This document shows positions 8,659 to 17,527 of a stretch of 64,000 nucleotides of DNA, one piece after another. The translations under genes were made by a program, and so were the position numbers. The stretch is from positions 489-64,488 of the forward strand of contig CAZWCA010000004.1 in assembly GCA_964632255.1 (NCBI GenBank), written 5' to 3'. The number at the start of each line of letters is the position of its first letter. The stretch's first letter is position 1. The stretch is from an uncultured Smithella sp. GTDB taxonomy: Bacteria; Desulfobacterota; Syntrophia; Syntrophales; Smithellaceae. Under the pieces are notes generated by a model, which saw only the letters and a list, made by a program, of their open reading frames with translations, ran no database searches and was not told where the DNA came from.

Positions 8659-9429
8659 TTAAAAAGGCCATACCCAATCCACAACTCTCGTCAGCCATCC
8701 CGGCCTCATTTTGTCATTGATTACACCATCACCCGTGTAAACTATCCGGGCATCGGCTATGTATCGTGAAGCTACGGTATTATCAGCCGAAACATCTTCC
8801 GGCCGGATAATGCCGGAAATGATGATAAACTGGTCTTCGGCATTGACGGTCAGGTGTCTTCTCCCTTCAATTAACATATTACCGTTATCCAGCACTCTTA
8901 AGACACGGGCGCTGATTCTTGCTTCCAGCGAGCTGCTGCGGTCGGTGTCCCCCGCTCCTTTGAGTGAATTGCTGGATGTCCCGCTCAAAGCGATTTTTCC
9001 ATTCATGTTGGCATTTTTACCGATAATTTCATTCTCCAGTCCTAAAAGTGATGTAATGGCGGCTGATGTGCTGGTATCCCTGCTGGTATTCGTTGAAGCT
9101 TTGTTTCCGCCGGCTGCTGTTTCCGAAACAATTATGGTAACAAGATCATTCATATAGCGCGCTTTTTTAGCCGAACAAATCAAATTATTGCCGTTTTCAC
9201 CATTCCAGATGGAGCCTGCCACAGGTTGAGACCGAATTACATGGGGAGGAACAATAACATTATTATCCAGATGCGCCTTTTCCGCTTTTTGTGCAGCACA
9301 ACCGGTTAATATAAAGACTGTCAACACCAGTAAATTAGAAATCATCTTAATCTTTTTTCCGGCAAAACATAATTGCGTTTGCTCACTTATCTTCATCGAT
9401 CGTCTGTTATTCCGGATTCTATTCAACAT
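8659..9429 (-). CDS. flgH: Flagellar L-ring lipoprotein
   Basis: Lipobox LTGC, then LVTIIVSETAAG...LKGAGDTDRSSSLEARISARV...GNMLIEGRR...IISGIIRPEDV. GGAG RBS before ATG 9429. Later Mets (9396, 9345) are possible starts. Confidence 0.9.
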   Translation of the reverse strand: MLNRIRNNRRSMKISEQTQLCFAGKKIKMISNLLVLTVFILTGCAAQKAEKAHLDNNVIVPPHVIRSQPVAGSIWNGENGNNLICSAKKARYMNDLVTIIVSETAAGGNKASTNTSRDTSTSAAITSLLGLENEIIGKNANMNGKIALSGTSSNSLKGAGDTDRSSSLEARISARVLRVLDNGNMLIEGRRHLTVNAEDQFIIISGIIRPEDVSADNTVASRYIADARIVYTGDGVINDKMRPGWLTRVVDWVWPF

Positions 9430-9441
9430 GAGAAAACTCCA

Positions 9442-10179
9442 TTATCTAAAATCAACTCTAACTTTTGATTCCCCGATTACCCGGGCATAAATAATTTTAT
9501 TGGATGTAATATTGCGTACTCTGACAAAAGATCCCTCAGCGCCATCCTCTTCGGCCATACCCGTGGTGGTAATATTTATCGGGCCGTTTTCCAGAATAAC
9601 CTGTACCATTTTATGTCTTCTCACGGCTGTAACTTCTTTGATCATATTACGAGTAATTTCAGTATTTTGACGTAGACTGACGCCAAGTGACTTACCAATG
9701 ACTTCATCAATCGCGGATATTGAATTTATCGGAATTGAACGAACCCATCTTTTCTGAACAAAGACGTCGTCTTCATTAATAATGGTTTCTCTGCTTAAAT
9801 TTTTGGCGCTGAGAACAAATCCCTGGAGAATTTCAATTCTTACTTTGATTGGCTCTTCTTTAAACAAAACCCCTTTATGATAAAGTTTCAGGACAAAGTA
9901 TGTATCACCAAGGTAACCTTCGTTTCCTTTAATCTCCACTTTCCAGGCAACCTTCTTTGATGGCAGAACAAACTCAGGCAGTGGTGAAAGTACTTCAAAG
10001 CGCACGGTATCTTTCGCCCATGGCATATTTTTTTCTATACTCAATCCAATTGCCTTATTCAGTTGTTCCTGATCAATTAACGGCTTTTCCGCGGCCGATA
10101 AAATTCCCGGCTTAAGGCAAATGAGCAGAAAAGATATAACAGAAAAAATTATTAATTTGCCGCCAAGTAGTTTAAACAT
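9442..10179 (-). CDS. flgA: P-ring assembly chaperone FlgA
   Basis: Signal peptide. The C-terminal SAF-like part is GKSLGVSLRQNTEITRNMI...GAEGSFVRVRNITSNKIIYARVIG. Position is between flgG and flgH. Confidence 0.85.
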   Translation of the reverse strand: MFKLLGGKLIIFSVISFLLICLKPGILSAAEKPLIDQEQLNKAIGLSIEKNMPWAKDTVRFEVLSPLPEFVLPSKKVAWKVEIKGNEGYLGDTYFVLKLYHKGVLFKEEPIKVRIEILQGFVLSAKNLSRETIINEDDVFVQKRWVRSIPINSISAIDEVIGKSLGVSLRQNTEITRNMIKEVTAVRRHKMVQVILENGPINITTTGMAEEDGAEGSFVRVRNITSNKIIYARVIGESKVRVDFR

Positions 10180-10967
10180 TATGACCTCTTGAGGTTGTTA
10201 ATGATGGAAAGAAGGCTATCCGCCGTTTGAATGGCCTTGGAATTGATTTCATAGGCGCGCTGGCCGACGATCATCCGGACCATTTCATCGACGACACTTA
10301 CATTAGACATTTCCAGGTAATACTGGGATACTGTTCCAATACCATTTTCTCCCGGATTACCTACTGTCGGATCCCCCGAAGATTCCGTTTTTTCATAGAG
10401 ACTTCTGCCAAGACTGGTTAATCCCGATGGATTGATAAAGTTTGCCAGTTGTATGCGGCCTGTGGCCAGTGATACTCCGGTACTGTCGGCTGCAGTCCAT
10501 GTTCCGCCGGCATCAACAGTAAAAGATACTGTTCCGGTTGGAATAGTTATATTGGGAAGAAGTTTCAATCCTTCGGAATTAACCAGGACACCTTCCTTGC
10601 TGATTTTAAGACTGCCTGCACGGCTGTAGACAGTCGTTCCATTATTATCGAACTGAAAGAAGCCATCCTGTTCAATTGCCAAATCAAATTTATTTCCTGT
10701 TTGCTGATAATCACCCTGAGTAAATATTTTTTGCGTTGATGTTGGCTTTACGCCCATTCCGACTTCAATACCGACCGGCAATTGATTGCCCTGAGTGGTT
10801 TCTGAGCCGGCCTTATTGATTATTTGATACATAAGATCGCTAAAATCGGCCCTGGATTTTTTAAAACCAGCGGTGTTGACATTGGCCAGGTTGTTGGCAA
10901 CCACATCCTGCTCCAACTGTTGTGCAACCATACCTGTTGCCGCAGTGTACAAAGCTCTGATCATCAA
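10179..10967 (-). CDS. flgG: Distal rod protein
   Basis: MIRALYTAATGM...NNLANVNTAGFK at the N-terminus and YLEMSNVSVVDEMVRMIVGQRAYEINSK at the C-terminus. Confidence 0.93.
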   Translation of the reverse strand: MMIRALYTAATGMVAQQLEQDVVANNLANVNTAGFKKSRADFSDLMYQIINKAGSETTQGNQLPVGIEVGMGVKPTSTQKIFTQGDYQQTGNKFDLAIEQDGFFQFDNNGTTVYSRAGSLKISKEGVLVNSEGLKLLPNITIPTGTVSFTVDAGGTWTAADSTGVSLATGRIQLANFINPSGLTSLGRSLYEKTESSGDPTVGNPGENGIGTVSQYYLEMSNVSVVDEMVRMIVGQRAYEINSKAIQTADSLLSIINNLKRS

Positions 10968-10975
10968 ATACCTCC

Positions 10976-11689
10976 TTAAGCCAATTTGCCTATTCTATTG
11001 GTCGAAATTTTATCCAGGTCGGACATAGTTTGAATTATTTTTTCATATGCCTCAAAAGAACGATGACCGCCCATCATCTCCACCATTTCTTTCATTGCAT
11101 TGACATTGGACATTTCCAGATAGCCGCCCGATACTCGACCGGAATCTTTTTTTATTCCGGCATTTCCATTATCAATAAATTGCCCTTCGGCACCCCGAAT
11201 AAGTTGATCGGGATAAGCAAATGAAACGATTTTTAATTTTCCCGCCATATTTCCATCAACCCGGATAGTGCCGTCGGTATCTATATTTATTTGTGAACCG
11301 TTGATGACTATCGGTCCGGATTGACCCAAGACCTTTGCTCCGTTTTTTGTCACCAACTCCTTATTTTTATTAATAACAAAGCTGCCGTTGCGGGTATAGG
11401 CAGTGCTGCCGTTACTTTGTTGAATTGAAAAAAAACCGTCGCCGTCAATTGCTGCATCCAGTTGATTACCGGTACGATGGATAGTGCCCTGAGTAAAATC
11501 AGTGGTAATTGATGTTGTTCCCAAGCCGGCCCGGGCTCCTTCTTGAGCCTGCCTTCCCTTCATCGCATAATAAAGATGTTCTGATTTAAATCCACTGGTG
11601 GAGATGTTGGCAAGATTATTAGCTATAAAATCCAACTGAGTCAGCTCTCTTGAGCCGCCGATAGCAATTTCTCTAATATCGTAACTCAT
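10976..11689 (-). CDS. flgF: Proximal rod protein
   Basis: NNLANISTSGFK at the N-terminus and GYLEMSNVNAMKEMVEMMGGHRSFEAYEK at the C-terminus. It lies upstream of flgG. Confidence 0.88.
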   Translation of the reverse strand: MSYDIREIAIGGSRELTQLDFIANNLANISTSGFKSEHLYYAMKGRQAQEGARAGLGTTSITTDFTQGTIHRTGNQLDAAIDGDGFFSIQQSNGSTAYTRNGSFVINKNKELVTKNGAKVLGQSGPIVINGSQINIDTDGTIRVDGNMAGKLKIVSFAYPDQLIRGAEGQFIDNGNAGIKKDSGRVSGGYLEMSNVNAMKEMVEMMGGHRSFEAYEKIIQTMSDLDKISTNRIGKLA

Positions 11690-11720
11690 TATTATCTCCT
11701 TTTAGCTTTGCATTTCTTTT

Positions 11721-11736
11721 TGCAATAGATGTGCCA
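11721..11736 (-). promoter_or_regulatory. sigma-54 promoter for flgF operon
   Basis: Minus strand TGGCAC-atcta-TTGCA, an exact match to TGGCAC-N5-TTGCW, about 32 nt upstream of the flgF ATG. Confidence 0.75.
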
Positions 11737-11929
11737 TATGATTTTCACCGATCATCATGAATGGAATATCCGCAATAAGCAATTTTCGAAATCGATCTAT
11801 GGTCAATTATTAAAAGATATCTAGGGTTTGCATGGCTTTAAAAAATTATTAATTAAACCTGATTGAAAAATAAGGAGTAGGAAATAAAGTGCCGGAAGGA
11901 AATTTTTTCCTTTTTAAGATTAAGAATTT

Positions 11930-12208
11930 TTATCTTTGATTTTCATTGATTGAATAAACGAAGGCAAGAATTTCAGCTACGGCCCGGTACAATTCCACCG
12001 GAATTTCAGCACCGACCTTTAATTTACTCAATACCTGGATTAAGTCGGGATCATTCTTGACGGGGATGTCATTGTTCTGCGCTATTGCGATTATTTTCTC
12101 TGCAATAAGACCGCGTCCGCTTGCCGTTACTTTCGGAGCATTATCCTTTGCACTGTCATACTTTATTGCAGCAGCCAGAGTTTGTTCCGGTTTCGTCTGT
12201 TTTTTCAT
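11930..12208 (-). CDS. Stand-alone FlhB C-terminal (FlhB-CC) like protein, YlqH/FhlB-domain type
   Basis: The 92-aa protein aligns to the flhB product of this window after its NPTH site. LAAAIKYDSAKDNAPKVTASGRGLIAEKI...IPVELYRAVAEILAFVY aligns with HLAVAVKYDPENMMAPKVVAKGANLIAEKI...IPEDLYRAVAEVLAFVY. The NPTH motif is absent. Confidence 0.85.
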   Translation of the reverse strand: MKKQTKPEQTLAAAIKYDSAKDNAPKVTASGRGLIAEKIIAIAQNNDIPVKNDPDLIQVLSKLKVGAEIPVELYRAVAEILAFVYSINENQR

Positions 12209-12219
12209 AGTTCCTTATA

Positions 12220-12360
12220 CAATGTCATTGACTTAAGGGTCATTCCCGCATTTTTTTGGCGAGAATCCAGGAATCACCGAACATGGATGCCCGACAAGAA
12301 CATTCGGTACCCGACAGAAAATTTCGGGTATGACACGAGGTGCTTAAGTCAATGACATTG
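12220..12360. mobile_element. 141-bp MITE-like element with 18-bp perfect terminal inverted repeats and a 9/10 flanking direct repeat
   Basis: Left inverted repeat caatgtcattgacttaag (12220-12237); right inverted repeat cttaagtcaatgacattg (12343-12360). Flanks are gttccttata (12210-12219) and gttccttaca (12361-12370). The interior has small hairpins (acccgacagaaaatttcgggt) and no ORF. Confidence 0.6.
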
Positions 12361-12365
12361 GTTCC

Positions 12366-13523
12366 TTACACAAAAAAATTGACCAAATTATCAGCGAAAA
12401 AAGATTGACTTGATAAAAATTCTTCCTTCTTCTGCATAAGCCCTTCTTCCTGAATACAATCAATATAGCCGACCTGATAACCGGTCTTCGCCAGTGAATT
12501 TTTAAGTTTATCGAGATCACTGCTGATTAAATTTTTGACTTCTTCTTTTTCACATTTGATTACGCAATTGAAACTTCCTTCACGAACATTTGCCTTGACC
12601 GCAATCTTCCCTAAGCAATCCAAGTCCAAAAAAATGGCGACTGAGCAGGAGGAAAATTTTTTTATCGCCTCGGGATTTTTTCCCTCCGGAGTAATAAATA
12701 TATCCGCCAAACGAAAACCATCGGCCAGGGCTATTGGAATTTGCAACATCAATCCATTTTCACTCTCCTGAAAAACCGAATTGATTATCTGATGTACTTC
12801 GAGAGTGTTGATTGCGTCATCAGTGAATGACGCGATATTGACAAGCTTCGCCATGATTCCGTCATCAAGCTTCGGGTTTTCCCTTAGAATAGCATTTATG
12901 GAAATTGCTATTTTTTGTAATAAAGTTTTTAAATTATCCTCCTGCGGATTTTCCATTCCCGCTTCAACCATGCCGGCGACAAGTTGTTTCAATGAATTTC
13001 CCTGAATTAAACCGATTCGGGAAACAAACTCTTTTAAAAATAAGGGATTATTCATAGTGCGTGGTGAAAATATGACTTTTTCAAATAATTTTATTAATTT
13101 TTCAAGATCACTTTTAAAAATTGCCGACGCCGGTTCTCCGGAATGAAAAAGTTTGGCAAGTCCGGCGAATTTATCAATAACCTGCAAAAATGATTCGGGA
13201 TTCATCCTCCATTGCAATAATTTTTCATTAATTTGCGCATTATTTTGACTTTTTCTGTCGATAATATTTAAAAAAATTTGCGGCTGCAGATTGTCGACTC
13301 TTACCAGTAGTTTTTCGCCTCTATTCAAAGGAATATCGCTTATTGCCGAAGCCTGCTGATTCTTCCAGGCAAGGATATATTTGTTGCCGGCCAGCTTTTC
13401 CAAAACAGTTGCTTCGATGGTTTCTCCCAAAACCAGCCCCGAAAGAGCTCCATTGGAACGGACTGTTGCTACGTTACTTTCAATTGTGATGTTGTTGGCT
13501 TGAGATATTGATGTGATAAACAT
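12366..13523 (-). CDS. Second FliK-like protein (hook-length-control-type C-terminal domain)
   Basis: The C-terminal SVAIFLDLDCLGKIAVKANVREGSFNCVIKCEKEEVKNLISSDLDKLKNSLAKTGYQVG parallels the canonical FliK motif seen in the 29400..31079 gene (ITLDPPSLGRLEMDVTVRNGKVDVVLVADNKDVQQTLNIHIDKLKGGLQNQGLTI). Confidence 0.55.
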   Translation of the reverse strand: MFITSISQANNITIESNVATVRSNGALSGLVLGETIEATVLEKLAGNKYILAWKNQQASAISDIPLNRGEKLLVRVDNLQPQIFLNIIDRKSQNNAQINEKLLQWRMNPESFLQVIDKFAGLAKLFHSGEPASAIFKSDLEKLIKLFEKVIFSPRTMNNPLFLKEFVSRIGLIQGNSLKQLVAGMVEAGMENPQEDNLKTLLQKIAISINAILRENPKLDDGIMAKLVNIASFTDDAINTLEVHQIINSVFQESENGLMLQIPIALADGFRLADIFITPEGKNPEAIKKFSSCSVAIFLDLDCLGKIAVKANVREGSFNCVIKCEKEEVKNLISSDLDKLKNSLAKTGYQVGYIDCIQEEGLMQKKEEFLSSQSFFADNLVNFFV

Positions 13524-13987
13524 CAGGTATTCTCGTTTTTAATGCGGGAAAGATCAATAATCAGCGCAATTTCAGCCTGGGTAAAGCCGGTTTTGCCCGC
13601 TATTTCCTCTTCTGTACAGCCATCATTGATCATATTTATTACTTCTGAGTATTTATTTTGAGAAATGTCGGCGGAATCCTTGATTCTTGCTTTTGTATTA
13701 ATTTCTTTTTCCTTTTCCAGAATTGCTTTTACCCTCTTTTCTTTCAGCTCAAGTTCCAAAGCTATTTCTTTCAAGGCAAGTCTGCTTTGTTCCATAGCTT
13801 GCAAAAATTTATCGGCATTGGTTTGAGAATCAGTAATTAAAGTTTGTAATTCCGCAGTCATTTTCCGCAGTGGCTCCAGAGGGGGATTTTTAATATTGGC
13901 ATTTACCCGCCAAAGTAGAATAATTACCGCTGTAAATAAAATGAAATCGAGAATAATCTGCAAAAATACGGGATCGAAAAAGTTCAT
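13523..13987 (-). CDS. Membrane-anchored protein with coiled coil and small C-terminal HTH-like domain (DUF2802-like)
   Basis: N-terminal TM segment (ILDFILFTAVIILLW). The C-terminus is DGCTEEEIAGKTGFTQAEIALIIDL. From memory, DUF2802 proteins sit next to FlhB-like genes in other flagellar loci. Not verified. Confidence 0.45.
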   Translation of the reverse strand: MNFFDPVFLQIILDFILFTAVIILLWRVNANIKNPPLEPLRKMTAELQTLITDSQTNADKFLQAMEQSRLALKEIALELELKEKRVKAILEKEKEINTKARIKDSADISQNKYSEVINMINDGCTEEEIAGKTGFTQAEIALIIDLSRIKNENT

Positions 13988-13989
13988 TC

Positions 13990-14298
13990 TTAAACCTTAA
14001 TATTGATATTTTCGCCTTCACCTTCGAAAACGCTGTCTTCGCCTGCAACGATGGTTTCTTTTGCATGACGTTGATCTTTACTTTTTCGTCCGCTTTCGTG
14101 TTCTTCCTTTTCTTTTATGAAGGTCTTTTCCGACTCTTCCGCTTTTTTAATCTTTTCTTTTAAAACGCTATCCTGCTCGGATAAATCAAGGGCAAAATAC
14201 CGTTGCTGCATATCCGGATTTTGCTGCTGAATTTGTTGAATTTTTTCTGCTATACTTGATTGGAGAATCACTTGTTGTGTATCTATTGCCCTGACCAC
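13990..14298 (-). CDS. Small highly charged hypothetical protein
   Basis: GTG start with a GGAGGTG RBS 6 nt upstream. 102 aa, Gln-rich N-terminus (IQQIQQQNPDMQQ), Lys/Glu-rich centre. No recognisable family. Confidence 0.5.
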   Translation of the reverse strand: MVRAIDTQQVILQSSIAEKIQQIQQQNPDMQQRYFALDLSEQDSVLKEKIKKAEESEKTFIKEKEEHESGRKSKDQRHAKETIVAGEDSVFEGEGENINIKV

Positions 14299-14386
14299 GA
14301 TACACCTCCGACTTTTTTTTCCATGAAAAACAGGAGTTTTAATATTAAATCGTCAGAATAGCAGAATTTCTTAAATTCCTTTCCAA

Positions 14387-15166
14387 TTATTTCTTTATTC
14401 GATAGGGAAAACTAATAGAAATATTACTAAAGCCTTCCTCATTAAAAAAGTTAATTATTGCCTGATACTTATCAAAGAGCATCAGAGATAACAAAATTCC
14501 CTGATTAACGGCATCGGATACTTGATGGGAAACCGAATCCAAATTTTCCATTAAAGCCGCAAAATCAGTTGAAGGTTTGGAATTTATCGAGCTCTTAATC
14601 AATATACTTATGTATTTATCATCGTGATCCGTCTGAATAGTAAATTCTTTAAGCCGGCTTTCCCGCGCCTGAGTCATTGCAAAGCGAATAATTCTCCAAA
14701 AAGCCAATGACAAATCCGCCGTGTTCCCTTTAAATTCGGGAAGATCCTGATCTAATTGAATATCTTTTTTTATTTCATGCTTAAAATCCAGATAAAAATC
14801 AACAAAGCGCATTTCCGCCGCCAGTAATTGGGAAAAATTAATTCTGTCTTCATTTTTTGCGGCAAGTGCATAAAACTTACTTGCAACATCTTTGAACATA
14901 TCGAAGAAAGAATCGGATTCCTGACTGACGGCCCGGATATCCGTCCGGATGCGCTGCAGATCATCAGCCATTCCCGCCGCTACATCAGGATGATTTTCTT
15001 CCATCTTTTTTATGATATTTTCAATACGGCGCTGCAAAAGTTTTGACCTGCCCATTATACCGTTTAAAGGATTGGCAAAATTATGTAAAATACCGGGGAT
15101 GAGTTCATCAATAAAAGTTGCTGAAAAATCTTTCTCCAATGCCCGGTATATTTCGCCTTTATCCAT
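14387..15166 (-). CDS. Soluble HisKA-type protein with H-box but no recognisable ATP-binding boxes (pseudo-kinase or phosphatase candidate)
   Basis: H-box LHNFANPLNGIMGRSKLL. The region where the N-box is expected reads LSLAFWRIIRFAMTQA (no Asn). I found no DxGxG or GxGxG motifs in the C-terminal 90 aa. No TM segment. Confidence 0.55.
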   Translation of the reverse strand: MDKGEIYRALEKDFSATFIDELIPGILHNFANPLNGIMGRSKLLQRRIENIIKKMEENHPDVAAGMADDLQRIRTDIRAVSQESDSFFDMFKDVASKFYALAAKNEDRINFSQLLAAEMRFVDFYLDFKHEIKKDIQLDQDLPEFKGNTADLSLAFWRIIRFAMTQARESRLKEFTIQTDHDDKYISILIKSSINSKPSTDFAALMENLDSVSHQVSDAVNQGILLSLMLFDKYQAIINFFNEEGFSNISISFPYRIKK

Positions 15167-15239
15167 TTGCTGCTCTCCTTATTTTTTTAACATCAATCGG
15201 TCTTTATCTTTGCCGTCCGATTCACTTTCCGTGAAAGAC

Positions 15240-15875
15240 CTACATAATAACATAGTTAGTAAAGTAAATATTTTTAACAAAGCCGGCGCCCAGCGTTTTA
15301 TTTAATTCCTGTAATAATTCTTTTTTCAAATTATTTCGTTCTTCAATGGATCTTAAGGCTACGGCGCTTCTCCCTGTTACAGTTTGGTATATTATATTTC
15401 TAATGTCTTCTCTATTTTCTAATCCGGCAAGGTTTTCCGCCGTATTTACCACAAGAACGAAATCACATGCCAGAATTTTGCTTTTACCTGCTTTATCCTT
15501 TAAATCAATTAAAAAATCTTTAAAATTTACGCTTTTTTCTATTACGGGTTGGACTGCAGCCCGTCCATTTACCATATCAGCATCTTGAAATTTCTTCTCT
15601 ATTACAATTGACGCTGTTTCTGTGGGCGCTTTGGATTGTTTTGGTGCGATATTTGTTGTTCGGGCAAAATAAAACCATAAAAAACCAACCATGATGAGAA
15701 CCACGATTACTACAGGAGCAAAAATTACAAGAAGCTTATTTAAAGCCCATTTTTCCGAAGTTACAGGAAGCGGCAATTCCGGGTCAATCGGAATTGTGTC
15801 ATCTATCAAATCTATGTCAGGCAAATCTATATCAGGCAGATTCTCAATGACATCTAATTTTGCTTTTTTTACCAT
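15240..15875 (-). CDS. FliL-family paralogue
   Basis: One TM segment (LLVIFAPVVIVVLIMVGFLWFYF). The C-terminal FliL signature is FKDFLIDLKD...ILACDFVLVV...REDIRNIIYQ...KELLQELNKTLG..FVKNIYFTNYVI. The N-terminus has a LPDIDLPDIDL repeat. Confidence 0.7.
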   Translation of the reverse strand: MVKKAKLDVIENLPDIDLPDIDLIDDTIPIDPELPLPVTSEKWALNKLLVIFAPVVIVVLIMVGFLWFYFARTTNIAPKQSKAPTETASIVIEKKFQDADMVNGRAAVQPVIEKSVNFKDFLIDLKDKAGKSKILACDFVLVVNTAENLAGLENREDIRNIIYQTVTGRSAVALRSIEERNNLKKELLQELNKTLGAGFVKNIYFTNYVIM

Positions 15876-15890
15876 AGCTATAGGAAAAAT

Positions 15891-16613
15891 TTATCGGGAA
15901 AATTTGACCGAACTTCTTAATCTTAAAACAGCCTGCGCATGAAGTTGACAAACCCGCGATTCAGTTAAATCCATTACTCTGCCTGTTTCCTTCATGGTCA
16001 ATTCTTCATAATAATAAAGTGAGAGAACAAGTCTTTCTTTTTGCGGAAGATCATCGATTGCATTTTTCAACTTATCTTTTGTTTCCATTGTCATGAGCAG
16101 GTTCAGCGGATTTCCGGAACTGATTTCTTCCATAATATCTTCACTACTGAAGCGCTCCAGATAATCAGGCGGTAAATCTTCAGTCGAGATCAGAGAAATA
16201 TATTTGGCCTCGTCCAATAGTTTATAATATTCTTCCAGTGTAATATCCAGTTCCCGGGCGATCTCCTCCTCAGCCGGTGCTCTTCCTAATTTTTTTCTCA
16301 GTACCTCCATTGCATTTTCCAGTTTATTGTCTTTGCTTCTGGTCGCCCGGGGCACCCAATCTTTAGCTCTTAATTCATCAAGCACAGCTCCTCTGATCCG
16401 GAAGCTGGCATATGTTTCGAATTGCACATTCCTTGCTTTATCAAATTTATCCAAAGCGGACATTAAACCCATAATACCGACATTGATTAAATCTTCTTTA
16501 TCCGCCGAATCAATGGGTAGCTTAGCAGCCAGACGCCCGACAATATTCTTTACCAGCGGCGCATACTGCATTATGAGTTCATCCCGTTTTTTCTTACCCG
16601 CCATTTTTATCAA
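15891..16613 (-). CDS. fliA: Flagellar sigma factor sigma-28
   Basis: Region 2 LINVGIMGLMSALDKFD...FETYASFRIRGAVLDELR and region 4 LVLSLYYYEELTMKETGRVMDLTESRVCQLH. The ORF start at 16613 is TTG. ATG 16604 or 16571 are alternatives. Confidence 0.92.
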   Translation of the reverse strand: MIKMAGKKKRDELIMQYAPLVKNIVGRLAAKLPIDSADKEDLINVGIMGLMSALDKFDKARNVQFETYASFRIRGAVLDELRAKDWVPRATRSKDNKLENAMEVLRKKLGRAPAEEEIARELDITLEEYYKLLDEAKYISLISTEDLPPDYLERFSSEDIMEEISSGNPLNLLMTMETKDKLKNAIDDLPQKERLVLSLYYYEELTMKETGRVMDLTESRVCQLHAQAVLRLRSSVKFSR

Positions 16614-17508
16614 TGATTTTTTCCCAGAAGAAATTTATGCCGCAGTCTTCATTATCCAGTATAGCCTCACTGCATATCTTCTCGGCAATTGCCGCCAGAC
16701 ATTTCGCAGAAGGAGAATTAGGATAAATTTCGGCCACTGCTTTTTGTTGTAAAACAGCCTGTCTTACCTTTTCATCCAATAACACATGCCCCAAATACTC
16801 AATAGTTAAATTTAAAAATTGATCTGTTGCATTGCTTAATCTTTCATATACTTCTTTTGCTTCGAAAGAATTTCTCACCATATTGACAATCAGGCGGAAA
16901 CGCTTCTTGGCATGGCGCTGGTAAAGAACTTTAATTAAAGCATAAGCATCGGTTAAAGCGGTCGGCTCCGGAGAGGTAACTACAATTATCTCCCGCGCGG
17001 CCATATTGAAATACGTGACGTTTGACGAAATACCGGCGCCAGTATCAATTAATATATAATCAAACAACCTGTTGAGAGAATTCAATTCATCAATCAGTGT
17101 TAATTTCTGACCACGGGAAAGATCCGTCATTTCCGGAATTCCCGAAGCTGAAGGCAGGATTTTGATGCCGCCCGGTCCCTCTACCAGGGTTTCGGAAAGC
17201 ATTCTTTCCCCGCTTAATACATGATACAAATTATAATGGGAATTAATTCCAAGAATAACATCGATATTGGCAAGCCCGGCATCAGCATCCAATATCATTG
17301 CTTTCCTGTTCGTTTTGGCAAGAAGATAAGCAAGGTTAGCCGTTATATTTGTTTTGCCCACTCCGCCCTTTCCGCTGGTAACAGACATCATCCGTACTTG
17401 CGATGCAGAACAATTTTTGTATGTGCTTTTACTATTCACGGCCTCGCTTTTAGAAGATTTTTCCTTTTTTCTTAACGTGCGAAGAGCCTCTGCTTGATCG
17501 GTTCCCAT
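16594..17508 (-). CDS. flhG: MinD/ParA-family flagellar number regulator FlhG (YlxH/FleN)
   Basis: Deviant Walker A VTSGKGGVGKTNITANLA. The ORF opens at TTG 17526, but ATG 17508 has an AAGGAGA RBS 5 nt upstream. Confidence 0.9.
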   Translation of the reverse strand: MGTDQAEALRTLRKKEKSSKSEAVNSKSTYKNCSASQVRMMSVTSGKGGVGKTNITANLAYLLAKTNRKAMILDADAGLANIDVILGINSHYNLYHVLSGERMLSETLVEGPGGIKILPSASGIPEMTDLSRGQKLTLIDELNSLNRLFDYILIDTGAGISSNVTYFNMAAREIIVVTSPEPTALTDAYALIKVLYQRHAKKRFRLIVNMVRNSFEAKEVYERLSNATDQFLNLTIEYLGHVLLDEKVRQAVLQQKAVAEIYPNSPSAKCLAAIAEKICSEAILDNEDCGINFFWEKIIDKNGG

Positions 17509-17527
17509 ATATCTCCTTGGCAACAAA

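Noticed and set aside
14299-14386. TAAG-N15-GACGATTT upstream of the 102-aa gene as a sigma-28 promoter.
   Set aside because: Only 5/8 match in the -10 element, with an imperfect -35.
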